Of a stretch of DNA of 64,000 bases, positions 37,141-49,693 are shown one piece after another. The translations under genes and the position numbers were made by a program. Under the pieces are notes generated by a model. It was given only the letters and a program-made list of their open reading frames with translations. It ran no database searches and was not told the origin of the DNA. The number at the start of each line of letters is the position of its first letter. Positions within the stretch are counted from its first letter, which is position 1. Source of the stretch: Felis catus (Eukaryota); contig NC_058368.1 in assembly GCF_018350175.1 (NCBI RefSeq), forward strand, positions 183,708,001-183,772,000, in the 5' to 3' direction.

Positions 37141-38329
37141 TCTATGTATAAGATTCTTAATTTAAAAGTAACTGGATAAATCTTGTGACCCTAGTAAATA
37201 TTTGGTTACAGTCAAGCTTTATTTAGCCCTGAAAAGAAATTCAGTGTTCTCTTGGTAAAATTTTAAAGAATCACTCATTAGACCTAATTGTTCTTCCAGA
37301 ACGTCTGGCTGTTAGAGGTAATTTAGTAGGACAGAAAATACTCATAGATTACTTGCTACAAATAAGATTGTACTCTTTGTCTATATTATGAAACATTAAA
37401 TCATATTTCCAAAGAGAGAAGTTACCTGATTATATCCTTGAGAAAATACATGTATATTAATTCTTAACATCTTAACTCTACATTTGGTAAGACCTTATTT
37501 TAAGGTTTGACTTTTTCCTGCTGCTGACCATAGACATAAGGAGAATAATCAGAACCACCAACATAAGATGGCAAAGAAATGCCATAAGAAATACTTACAT
37601 AAGATATACCAGGAAAACAAACAAACAAACAAACAAACAAAAAACTTGTTTTTTCTGGGCAGTCTTATTGTGATATGTAGAATTTTCGTTTACAAAAATT
37701 AGGTGATTTTGAGTGGCATTTAAAACTAAAAGATAGGAAAAATCAACATTTTTTTTAATTTTATTTTTCTTCTGGAATCCTCAGGCAATATTATAACTGA
37801 CTCATTTAACTTGTCTGAATTAGTTTTTAATAAGCTCTCAAAGGTGGACCAATTTTCTCTAGTTTCTCCTGGGAACTGGAGATAATTAAATGAAGGTGTG
37901 ATCCAAACTCCTAAGGATATTTTTTGGTTAATTTTTGAGACTTTTTTCTTCTAACTAATTTCCCTTAGATCTACATACCATTCTGACCCCAAATCTACCA
38001 TGGTTGATTAAGAGTTCTGCTTGCTTCTTTCACTATCAATATGAATAACTCTAATTTCAAACTTAGAATTTACCTGCAAAGCTGAAAAACTTGTCAGTTA
38101 TTATCTATCATTACACTGTCTTATTCACACACAAAAAAATCATTTATTGATTTCATATGTACCTAATGATGGGTTTTACATTCTTAGCTATTAACCTACC
38201 ACTCCTTTTGGTTTTGGTGTATTATTAGAATTCAAACCCAAGTCGCTTACTCTTGTCTCTCAACTTCCACATATCTATTGGGATAATCAGAAATTATGAA
38301 TAGGTCATGTTTGAGAACCTAGAATTCTG

Positions 38330-38641
38330 CATGTAATTTAACAGCCACTAGTCATGTATAGTTATTGAGTTCTTGAAATGTGTCAGTACTCTGAACTGAG
38401 ATGTGCTGTAAGTTTAAAATATAAAGCAGGTATTTAGGTCCTAGTACAAAAAAGGTAAAATATCTCATTAATTTTTATATTGGTTAGATGTTGAAATAGT
38501 AATAGTTTTATATATTTGCTAAAATAAAACATTGAAATATTTTATAGTGTATATAGTATAGTATTCTGGCTATAAAAAACTTTAAATTACATATGTGATT
38601 CACATTTCCATTTGCCATTACAATTTTATTGGACAGTACTG
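38330..38641. mobile_element. MER33-like hAT-Charlie relic
   Basis: 'agccactagtcatgta...ttgaaatgtg...gaactgagatgtgctgtaagt...aaaatatctcattaattttta...tattggacagtactg'. Confidence 0.8.
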
Positions 38642-38795
38642 CCCTAGCACAAAGTTTGAAATAAGTATTCTCAGTAAATGTTGTATCCTACAAAAGAAAG
38701 CAGGTATGGAAAATGTTATAGGACACCCTACTATCTGCCCCACCATTTCTCATGAGTTTTTCTCATCCTTTCTCTTTGAAAATAACCAAGATTTT

Positions 38796-38978
38796 TTTTT
38801 TCTTTTTTAATGTTTATTTTGAGAGAGGGCAAGAGGGAGGGATAGAGAGAATCCTAAGCAGGCTCCAGGCTGTCAGAGCTGAGCACAATATGGGGCTCAG
38901 TCTCACAACTGTGAGATCATGACCTGAGCCCAAATCAAGAGTTAGATGCTTAACCTACTGAGCCACCCAGGTGCCCCC
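38796..38978 (-). mobile_element. Can-SINE
   Basis: Typical body; TSD aaaataac(c/t)aagatttt at 38779-38795 and 38979-38995. Confidence 0.94.
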
Positions 38979-40229
38979 AAAATAACTAAGATTTTAAAAC
39001 AGCTGTTTAAAGATATCCCAAAAATAAGCAAGCTTTTAAAACAGCTGTTTAAACGTATGGATTGACAAGAACCAAGTTTTAAAGTGTTCTAGAGTGTAAC
39101 CCAATAATTGTAGTCTTTCTACTGCTTACAATGTGATGTGTTATTCTGTAGTCATAACATTCAAAATAGCTGAGGAGGTATGAAGTTGAATAGAACCTCT
39201 GCATCTTCTATCTCTAGCATTCTTTAGACATTAAACAGTTATGCATAGGCAGACAAAATTAAAAAAAAAAAAAAAAACAAGGCTCTCACATATTTACTCC
39301 TCTGGTCACAAATGTACAATGATTCCCCAGGCAGCATTTTGCAAGCACCCCACTGGTAAATGCAGTAAATGATTCAGCACTCCTCTGGTCATGAATAATT
39401 CATAGGGGAAGAACCAAATACCCAATTTGTTGGGTTAAGTGATGCCTACAATGGCTTTTAAAACTTATCTACAGACTTATTCCCATTGCTCTATTTTTTT
39501 AACCATATCTTTGTGGGAGGACAATTACTATGATGGACATAAAATGTGAAACTAGTTAATGATACTGCAAAATGCTCCATAAAGTTTAAGTGCAACATGG
39601 AATAATTTCTCCATTTCTCTAAGTATGATGACCAACCTTAGGATTCACAGAAACATCAAATGTCTGTTTTAAATAGGGATTTTTTAAAGCATGGTAATGT
39701 TAGCTTTGTAACTACGGATGGCATATTATCATTTAAAAATTTCTCATATCTTCCACTCATTTTCATATTCTTTTAATCATCAGTAGTATTCTTTTCAATA
39801 ATTAAAGAACCCATGCTCATTGTAACTAGTTACAAACAATAAAGTAGAAATATTTTATGTCTTTTGATTTTACAACTCAGGTTTAAAAAAGACTCTTAAA
39901 TGTCTAAAACTTTCTAGTTGTCTAGGCTTTGATCTATCACATATGCCAATGAGGAATTACCACCTCCAAAGTGAATTTCTTACTCGTAGAGCCATGAAGG
40001 TTTAAAACATCTTTTTTTTTATGTTTATGTGAGATTAATTTACCTGTAATTTATACCTACCAATACTAATTTACACTGGAACTATGAAAAACAAGTTTAA
40101 TCTCTCTTCTGTGTAAACTGAACTACTTTTATAACATTTTTTTTAGCTATTTATATTATCTTTGTAGATCTCACTCACAAATCTTTATATATTATACTTA
40201 CACAGTCTAGACTATTTCTGTCTGTGCTC

Positions 40230-40870
40230 TAGTTCCATTCAACCTTTAATTTGATATCCAACACTTAGCTATCTTACAAGTATCTCAGACCCCATGCACT
40301 GAAAATTAAATCTATGATCTCTATGCCCAAATTTGATGAGGGATTATACTCAGAATAGAATCACCCTTAATATCAGCTTCTTCACTTCCTCTATCCCATC
40401 AATCACCATGTGTTATCAACTTCATCTCCTAAATATTTCTAAAAACCAATGATTTCTCCCCTTCAACCTCTCCAACTCTCTGGATTAATTTCTATCGTCT
40501 ACCACCCAGATAGACATAGTGGCTTTCTAAATGGTCTCCCTGCATCCATTCTTGATACCCTTTGTTCATCTCTGAGCAATCAAAATGTTTACTTAAATAT
40601 GTAAATAAGATGAAGTAATTCCCTGCTCATATTTTCACGTTGTCTTTTCCAATTATTTAGAAAAAGCTCCAAAGACTTAATAGTGGCTGAGCATTTGCTA
40701 CAAATTCTGGGTTCTGCTTACCATATTCTTGCTTAATTAATTACTCCTCTTAGTTCAGGTATCAGGAAAAACACTTTTGTCCAAGAAAGCCTTTCCTAAC
40801 CTCGTTGACCACTGTCTGTTCCCTCATTACAATTTGCTCATCATAGCATGTATTTCAACTTCATGGCATT
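40230..40870 (+). mobile_element. L2 fragment
   Basis: 'ccatcaatcaccatgtg...catctcctaaatatttct...ttctaaatggtctccctgcatcc...aagcctttcctaacc'. Confidence 0.75.
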
Positions 40871-42043
40871 TAATATTATGATTTCATATTAATTCTGAAA
40901 GAAGGAATAAAACAGTGCATTAAAATTAACCTTTAGAATACTTAAGGAAAATGTTTATGTCTAGAACTAAACTGTAGGCACTGGTATATATTCATATTTA
41001 ACATGATCCAGGCAAACAAGAACAAGAATTCAAAGATGAATTACACATCCAAACACACAAAAACACACAGACACATTAAACCACTTTAGCTCCAGTCAGC
41101 ATAGAAAACCTACACACTTAGCCTAAAAAATACTATAATCTGTATGAAGAAAGGGGATACCTATTTTCAAGACTAACATTATATTATAGTCATGAATGAA
41201 AGAACATTATCCTGAAAATAGACATATAATATATTAATACAATCTTTTCTACATCAGAAACTCTATTAGGCAACATATATCCTTCTGCTTGTAGTGTGGC
41301 TACACTACAGATAATGTGATGGGATTGCCTTAAGGGATGTCACAATTTCCCTATAAAGTCATTTTCATGAATAGATGTTTCAGGTAAATAGAAATTAAAA
41401 AACAAAAAGGAAAGAAAAAAATCACTTTCTCAGTGGGCACTTTCTCAGATGGTCACAATACATTCACTTTACAGAATAATGTGGGAAACCATCAAAATGA
41501 CCATCTGTTAGAATGGTCTTACAGGGGTATATTCTCTTGCAGCCGAATTTTGGAGCTGACCCAAAAGAACCTGAGAATGGGAGTGGCAGATGGCTCCTGG
41601 AGCCTACATTTTAAGTAAATTTGTTCTAAACTGTGGGTTCATAAGAAATTATGAGAAAGAAAAGAAGAATTGAAACTGGCACTTGCTATATTTACTGATA
41701 CAAGGATTTAAGTTACTTTTCAAAAGCCCTGATATAGGCTTACATACATTATAAATTTTAAAATAAAGTGCACATTCTTGCCTAAATCTGTCCAATGCAC
41801 TGAATTTTTCTTGAGGAACAAGAGAAAATGCCATAGAACACTGTCACCAGGAGTAATATAGAGCTCTCACTTGTTGAAATGAACTGTGAATGGTGGGAAA
41901 CAGGTTTGATTATTGTACTAATCCACTTATTTTGATAATTCCTCATTGATATTTTAGAAGTTTACTTATTACAAATCCAATGCCTCAGAATCTTTTCTTT
42001 CCCTTGTATATTGTAAACTAGTTGAACAAAACCTGTAAATATC

Positions 42044-42426
42044 TGTTATGGACTGAATTGTGTCTCCCCCAAGTTCCTATGTTGAAGCTCCAGCCCCCAA
42101 TGTGACTGTATTTGGAGCTGGGGTCTTCACGGAGATAAATACAGCTAGATGAGGTCATAAGGGTGGGCCCTAAGCCAATAAGTCTAGTATCCTTTTAAGA
42201 AGAGAACTCTCTGTCTCTCCTTGTCAACAAGAGCAGAGAAGAGGCCATGTGAAGACACAGTGAGAAGGTGGCTCTTGGAAAGTCAGAAGAGGTCGCAGCT
42301 CAAGAAACCAAATTTGCCATCACCTTGATATTGGATTTGTAGCCTCCAAAACTGTAAGACAATGGATTTCTGTTGTTTAAACCAGTCTATGGTATTTTGT
42401 TATAATAGTCCAAGATGACTCATACA
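42044..42426 (+). mobile_element. MLT1A/B-type MaLR solo LTR
   Basis: TG...CA ends; 'tgttatggactgaattgtgtc...tatgttgaag...aatgtgactgtatttggag...gaggccatgtgaagacacagtgagaagg...gcctccaaaactgtaag...cagtctatggtattttgttat'. Confidence 0.92.
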
Positions 42427-43039
42427 TTATAGTATCTTTAGAGGATCTCAAGTTCTTTGGTTTCTTTGGTTTGTTTGTTTTGGGAACAGACCTGTGATAA
42501 TTAGACAAATCCATACCTTTGAGCATACCTATGAATATAATTACATAAACTTTTTGATGTGTCAAAATTACTTTCACCCAAAAAAAATTTTGTGCCACCT
42601 CAATTTCATGTTGAACTAATGTCTAATACATTATCAAAATATAATATCAAATCTGAAGTTCTAGAAAATGTATAGAAACAGAAGCTTACCTTACACTACC
42701 TCCTCAATAACTAATAATGACTTGTCCCTACCAATAACACTATAATCATGTTATATAGCTTGGACAAGGTCATGTTTTATAAATGCTGTCTTTAACAAAA
42801 AGAGTAAAGTGGCTACTGGCTCACAAATTGGGTATGAATGCTAGTTAATCATTTTTTTATTTAAAGAATGCTTATAGTCTTCATAAAGCCTCAAAGTCCT
42901 AGTAGATCACAGAATTGAATATGCATACTGAAAAAAAATACTAAAAAGCAATTAAAAATAAGGCAAATTATGTCAATATGCAATTAAGAAACAAAATTCA
43001 GAAGGAATAATACATTTGTTTTAAAAGTTCTTTTTTCAT

Positions 43040-43250
43040 GGTGCCTGGGTAGCTCAGTCGGTTAAGCATCCGACTCTTGACTTCAAGCTCAGGTCATGAT
43101 TTCATGGTTCATGGGTTCAAGCCCCACATCCAGCTCTGCTCTGACAGCTTGGAGCCTGCTTGGGATTCTCTCTCTCTGTGCCCCTCCCTCACTTGCTATT
43201 TCTTTCTCAAAATAAATAGAAAATAAACTTTAAAAAAATAAGTAAATGAA
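43040..43250 (+). mobile_element. Can-SINE
   Basis: Typical body; TSD taaaagttctttt(t/c)tcat at 43022-43039 and 43251-43268. Confidence 0.95.
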
Positions 43251-43339
43251 TAAAAGTTCTTTTCTCATTTACTAGAAGCAAAATGCAAATTAAAATATGA
43301 CATGATTTTTGTCTTATCTAGTCAGCATTTTTTAAAATA

Positions 43340-44570
43340 TGACCTTTATTTTTCTACAGCAATTTTAGATTCATAGCAAAATACAGGGCTTATCTTAATT
43401 ATATATTCTATGGGTTTGAACAAATATGTAATGACATATATCCATCAGTACAGTATCATAAAGAGTATTTTCATTGCCCTAAAAATTCTCTATGATCTTC
43501 CTATTCATCCTTCCCTGCCCAAAACCCTTGGCAACCGCAGATCATTTTATTGCCTACATAATTTTTATTTTTCCACAATGTCATATAGTTGGAATCACCC
43601 AGTACATAGCCTTTTCAGATGGCTTCTTCCACTTAGTAATATGCATATATGTTTCCTCCATGTCTTTTCATGGCATGATAGTTTTTTTTTTTTTTCAGTG
43701 CTGAATAATATAATAAGGTTGCTTGCACGTTTTGCTGAATTAGAGTAAATGTGCTACAAACATCCATGTACAGGTTTTTTTGTGGGCATAAATCTTTAAC
43801 ATAAACTTTCAACTCCTTTGGATAAATACCAACTAGCATATTGCTGGAAACTGATTATTTTTTAAAATTATTTTAAATGTTTATTTTATGAGAGAGACAG
43901 AGTATGATCAGGGAAAGGGCAGCAGAACCTGAAACAGGCTCCAAGCTCTCAGCTGTCAGCACAGAGCCCAGCTTAAGGCTTGAACCCATGATCCATAAGA
44001 TCATGACCTAAGCTGAAGTCGGACCCTTGACTGATTGAGCCACCCAGGTGCCCCACTACGATTAGCTTTGAAAGAAAACACCAAACTGGGTTCCACAGTG
44101 GCTGCATCATTTTACATTCCTATTAGCAATAAATCAGAGTTCCCATTGTTCCACATCCTTGCTAGCATTTGGTGTTTTGGATTTGGCCATTCTAATAGGT
44201 ATGTAGTGGTACATTGTTTTCATTTGTAATTCCCTGATGACATATAATGTGAAGCATCTTTTTATATACTTATTTGCTATCTTCCTATCTTCTTTGGTGA
44301 AGTGTCTGTTGAGGACTTTGGTCCATATTTTAATTAAGTTGTTTGTTTTCTTATTGTTGAGATTTAAGTGTTCTTTGCATATTTTAGAAAACAGTCATTT
44401 ATGAGAATGTATTTTTTAATTATTTTCTCCCAATGTTTTACTTATCTTCTCATTCTCTTGACATTATCTTTCACAGAGCAAAAGGCTTTAATTTCAATTT
44501 TTATCCAGTTTGTCATTTATTTCTTTCATGGATTAAGTCTTTAGTGTTGTGTCTAAAAAATCATTACCAG
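43340..44570 (-). mobile_element. L1MC-like 3' fragment (3'UTR plus end of ORF2), SINE inserted
   Basis: 'attctatgggtttgaacaaat...ttcattgccctaaaaatt...gccttttcagatggcttcttccacttagtaatatgcat'; ORF-track peptide 'GIYPKELK'. Confidence 0.88.
43855..44054 (-). mobile_element. Can-SINE nested in L1MC-like element
   Basis: 'caggctccaagctctcagctgtcagcacagagcc...gagccacccaggtgcccc'. Confidence 0.93.
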
Positions 44571-47104
44571 GTAGCATCTTTTAAATATATGTATATATAT
44601 TATAAATGATCTAATTTGCAAAGACTACTGTATTTAGATACTTACAATTTTGTTTTAAAATGGAAAAAAAGAATATACTTGAATTATGTGGAAATTTTAA
44701 ATAAATTACAGCATATTCAAAGACTGAAATATCAAGTATGCATCAAAATTATCTTGAGAATATTCTAATATAGGAAATTATCTATAATAAAATTTTAAAA
44801 TAAAAGTCAAAAACTGATATATACTCAATTTAAAAAAAACAATGATATTTATATAAAGGCTATAGGAAATTAAAATATACAAAATGTTTTCTCTGAATAG
44901 TAGGATTATGGATGCTTTCAATAGAATTTTAACAATTTAATTTTCAAGTTTTCCATTTTTTTTAAATTATAAAAATACAAAAAAAAATCACCCTTTAAAA
45001 AACAGATTTAGGACAAATCTAGTCAGATCAAACAATGAGACAGTTTATATACGGAAGTCTCTGAACAATGCTGATGATATTACTGATATGTAATCTTTAA
45101 GTATTCTCCCAACTTTATCAAGTCTATTTTCAGGGAGAAGGAAAACTGACAATTCTAATTATATTAAAGGTTTCATCACTGCAGATCCTCAAATACTCTG
45201 AAACTTCTATGCCTAACCCACTTTTTTGTTTCAAAATACTTAAACATATAAATTTTGTTTGTTTCAAATACATTAATATATAAATACCAGAAGCACAGAA
45301 CATACGAAATATTTTTTCAATATGTACCAAAATGGGGCAAATTTGATTTAAGCTTCTAAGTTCCCAGGTAAAAGACCTATTCACTTGCTTACCAGTTCTT
45401 GAGATTATGTGCAGAGTGTGTGACATTTTCTAATTTTCTCAGCTTTAAATCCTGTCCTCACCACTAAATGAGTAGATCTTCAAGAGGTAGTTCTTATGGG
45501 GTAGTAACTACTCTCAGCAAGCCCAATCTTAAATCACATCAACACAAAATTACTTTGATTAAAAAGAAAAATAAAAACAAAACACCACAGACACATATCC
45601 ATATATATACAACTGCAGTTCTCTAGAGATCACCCACTTAAACTTTCCTTAAAGTTCAAATAATATATTCCTAAATTTAAAGTAGATCATATGATACAAT
45701 AATCTTTTGTTTCATTCATCTCATTATTTACAATTCAATCTTTTCCAGCAAACAGTTAAATAAATTTTAAAAATGAACTGACAATTCTAATTATATATTC
45801 ACAGTTGCCTAATATGCTAAATAAAAAAAGATTCCAAGGAAAAGCAAATAGAGGCCTATTCAACCTCCTTTTAACAACAGTAAACTCCAGTACTTTCTCA
45901 CAGTTGAGCCTCCAAGCATTTATTTCCCTTCCCTTTAATTTTAACCACACAGCTAATGTTGCCTTATCTTCCTTTACATTTGTTGTGAAATCTTCTGCCA
46001 CTTTCTTTTCCCTCTCTTGTTGAAGTTGTCAGAGTCTATATTTTCCCTTCAGTATTTCACTCAGCCTTAATGAAAATTAACCTCACAGTCAAAATAAAAT
46101 GGAGCTTAATGGAAGAAAAGAAGAAGGTAATAAGTTTATAAGAAAACTGATGCCATACCTAGGAAAATCAGTGTCAAAAGCTGTGATCATGTTACCACTT
46201 AATGATACAACATCATTAACGCAGCTGATGTAAAGTGATCCTGAGTATAAGTAATTGTGTCTGAGAGAACACAGGTGTGAGTGCACATACCACCCACTGG
46301 ATTCCACTCAGGATCTGTGAAGGTCATATGTTGTCATCACATTCAGGACCTGATACCAAAATAGCAGCACCTTTGATGATAAAAGATAAGGCTGGAGCAT
46401 GAACAGAAAACCAATTGCCTTCTTTATAATGCAGAAAGCTCACACTGCAAGGCATTTCCATTCAAATAGAAACACACTTCACACATTCCACAGATCAAAA
46501 GATATTTGAATCTCTCATATCTGGCATATGAAGATATTTCACTTCATGTTCCATACAATTCTTCCTCTCTCTCTTCCTCTCCCTTCACTCCCCTTCCCTG
46601 TTCTCTCCTCCTTGACCCCAGACCATGTTTCCTTACTAAATCACACCACAAGCAATAGTTTCAACTTTACCTTAATCAAATACACATAAACCAATCAAAT
46701 TGATTAAATGATTAAGCAGCAACCCAAGATTTACAATGGGCTCTATAGAAAATTAAGGATACAATATCTACAGTAAAGCTTATACTTTCAAAGTGGTAAA
46801 CTTTCTGTCTAGTCACTTTTGGTTCTCTTGATTTCAGATTATTTTTTGTAAATCTGAAGTTCAGCAAACCAAAGAAAACCCACAAGAGATTTTTAGGGTA
46901 CAATAACAATCTGGTGTCTAAGTTTTAACTCTTCCTAAAAAATAATAAAAAAAAAAAACACCTGAAACTACATATAAAATATATGTATTCTGGAATAAAT
47001 TGGTTTGTAAATTATTTAGTATGATTAATTATGATTTAGTAAGAGTAACTTTTATTAGTTTGCCTGCATTTATGATCTTTTTCTTTTTTAAAAGCAGTAT
47101 CTTC

Positions 47105-47267
47105 GGGGCACATGGTGGCTCAGTTGGTTAAATGTCAAACTCTTGGGTTCAAGTCTGGGTCAAACTCCCTGCTGGGCATGAAGACTGCTTGGGATTCTCT
47201 CTCTCTCTCCCTCTGCCCCTCTCCTCTACTCATGCTCTAAATTTACAAAAAATTAAAAAATAAAAAG
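47105..47267 (+). mobile_element. Can-SINE with internal deletion
   Basis: 'ggggcacatggtggctcagttggttaa...ctgcttgggattctctct...' plus A tail. Confidence 0.88.
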
Positions 47268-47370
47268 CAAATAAAAAATCAACGTGCTCTCTTCACTGAC
47301 AGTAATTCCATTTGTGGCCATAACATTCAAGATTCTGAATGCTTCTTCAGTCTCCATTTTCTTATTTATT

Positions 47371-47585
47371 GATTTTTTTTTTTATAGACACATTTTTTTT
47401 CTGTGAGGGAAAGAATGCATGCAGAAGCAGAAGGAAGGGGCAGATGAAGAGAGAGAGAGAATCTTAAGCAGGCTTTACACTCAGCAGGGATCCTGATGTG
47501 GGGTTCCATTCCACAACCCTGGGATTATCACCTGAGCCAGTATCAAGAGTTGGATGTTCAGTCGACTGAGCCATCCAGGTGTCCC
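47371..47585 (-). mobile_element. Can-SINE (older)
   Basis: Perfect 19-bp TSD ctccattttcttatttatt at 47352-47370 and 47585-47603. Confidence 0.93.
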
Positions 47586-47686
47586 TCCATTTTCTTATTT
47601 ATTAAAGAGTCACGTTCATCCATTCTTAAAGGCAAAACTATTTGAGGCTTCTTTATAAAAGTACCCAGGTTATTCTAGATCTATCA

Positions 47687-48201
47687 TGTAGTGGTTAATA
47701 CGTGTTTTTGGCTATTGACTCCCTTTTGGGGAAATATTCATCTCCTACTCTCAATTCATGTGGTTCCCATGAAACTGATTCCATTCATAGGTACAGGCCT
47801 GACATAGGACTCAAACCTGGCCAACAAAAGCCTCACATTTGTCTACCTCAGTGATTGGCTCAAGGATATGTACTGACCTCATGAGAACCAACTAAAGCAG
47901 GTTTTACTAAGATTTCACACAGAGAATTCATCTGCTTTCTTTGCAGGAGTTTGCCTAGTGGTACCCAACTTGCAAACACAAGAAGTCTACCTGAGAATGG
48001 AGCTAATATGAAAGAGAACCAAGGTCTGGAGAGAGCAAATGGATTGAGGGGCATTGTTTGATCCTCTCAATTAAGCAGCTAATGAGTTTATATATATTGT
48101 TGGAAGTCTCAGTTTCCAGGGATAATGATTCTGCCTTTTGTTTAAAGCAATTTGAGTTAAATTTTATGTACCTTGCAACCAAAATAGTCTTAACGAACAC
48201 A
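47687..48201 (+). mobile_element. MLT1K/J-like MaLR solo LTR
   Basis: 'cagtgattggctcaaggat...tgacc' and 3' end 'ttttgtttaaagcaatttgagtt...ccttgcaaccaaaatagtcttaacgaacaca'. Confidence 0.75.
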
Positions 48202-48384
48202 CAGCAGTGATCACTGTCACTTCAGATATTCTGTAGAAATTAAAACTGTACAAACTGTCAATGTAATAATATACAGGTTTAAATTACTAAGCATATATTA
48301 AGGAATGCTTGTTTTTAATCTCTCTGATAGGATTTAATTTCTACAAAGAATATTTTATCTTATAATTAGCCATGTTCTCCCATA

Positions 48385-48927
48385 TGAAAAGGAAAACTGA
48401 GAGGCACCTGGGTGGCTCAGTTGGTTAAGTGTCAGACTCTTGGTTTAGACTCTGATCACGATCTTGCAGGTTCATAGGTTTGAGCCCTACATCAGGTCAG
48501 CACTGACAGTGCAGCCCCTGCTTAGGATTAGTTCTCCTTCTCTCCCTCTCTCCCTCTCTTGCTCTCCCAAAATAAATAAACTTTAAAAAAAAAAAAAGGA
48601 AGACTGAGATACATAAATTTTTCAAGAGCTTATTTGATCACACTTCTAATGGCATGGCAAACCAAGAATAGTTGGAAGCATTCCACCCACAGAAGCTAGG
48701 GGCAAGGTTTTTATAGAGGAGAAAATAAAGCAAAGCAATTATTTGACTGGTTATAGCTTAAGCAGTTGTCTGATTTTGGAAAGCCGAGGTGGCTGTTTGT
48801 GACTGGCTGTCCTTAGGGTTCATTTTCTTGGATTCAAATGCACTGACTCTGGCTTAGTGTTTGTTTTGCTTAATGAGGCGTTAGAGCCACCCCTGTCTAG
48901 TGGCCTCCTTCTTTAAATATTTTAACA
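48385..48927 (-). mobile_element. ERV1-type solo LTR with nested SINE
   Basis: TG...CA ends; 'ggtttttatagagg' (antisense TATA), 'ttatttgactggttatagc', 'tggcctccttctttaaatattttaaca'; family name uncertain. Confidence 0.65.
48402..48593 (+). mobile_element. Can-SINE nested in LTR
   Basis: TSD aaaaggaa(a/g)actgag at 48387-48401 and 48594-48608. Confidence 0.93.
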
Positions 48928-49014
48928 CCAGCATATATTTTCCATAGGTTTAAGTTTAAATATAATGAGCAGGGACAGGAACAAGCCTTGCTGAAGCAAA
49001 GTTGTTAGGGATAC

Positions 49015-49250
49015 TTCTTTTTCTTTTAAGTTTATTTACTTATTGAAAGACATAGAGAAAGAGCTTGAGTAGGGGAGAGGCAGAGAGAGAGAGGGAATAG
49101 AGAGACCCAATCAGGCTCCGTGCTGATAGCAGCAAAAGCTGATAGCAGCACGGAGCCTGATTTGGGGCTTGATCCCACGAACCATGAGATCATGGCCTAA
49201 GCCAAAATCAAGAATTAGATGCTTAAATGACTGAGCCACCCAGGTATACC
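49015..49250 (-). mobile_element. Can-SINE with small internal duplication (gctgatagcagca x2)
   Basis: Typical body; flanked by ttagggata on both sides. Confidence 0.93.
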
Positions 49251-49494
49251 ATTAGGGATAAATCTAACCTGACCTTCTCACTTTAATAGTAATGGACACA
49301 AGGATGGTTCACACTGTCCAAATATCTTTCTTATTTAATTATTAGATGGATTATTTAGGAATGAATTTTATCATAATTGTTAATAGATTAGCTAATTGCT
49401 AATCGATTAGCAATAACAGAACTCCATAACGTTTTATTTAATTTATCGTGTTACTTAAAGCATAGTTATATTTATTTTCATGATAAAAAGATTT

Positions 49495-49693
49495 CTTTTT
49501 TTTTTCTTTTTTCTTTGAGAAAGATAGAACACAAGTTGGGGAGAGGGACAGAAAGACAGAGAGAAAGAATCTCAGGCAGCCTCCACATTCATCATGGAGC
49601 CTGATGAGGGGCTCAATCCCACAAACCTGGGATCATGAACTGAGCCAAAATCAAGAGTCAGACGATCAATCAGCTGATCCACCCAGGAGCCCC
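49495..49693 (-). mobile_element. Can-SINE
   Basis: 'ggagcctgatgaggggctcaatccc...gatcatgaactgagccaaaatcaagagtcagacg...acccaggagcccc'. Confidence 0.92.

Noticed and set aside
38062..38076. 15-mer identical (reverse complement) to 11521-11535
   Set aside because: AT-rich 15-mer matches are expected by chance at this window size; flanks are unrelated
45756..46060. Charged protein-like minus-strand ORF (QEREKKVAEDFTTNVKEDK...)
   Set aside because: In-frame TGA just upstream, no convincing splice-site pair, not recognised; purine richness alone yields such peptides
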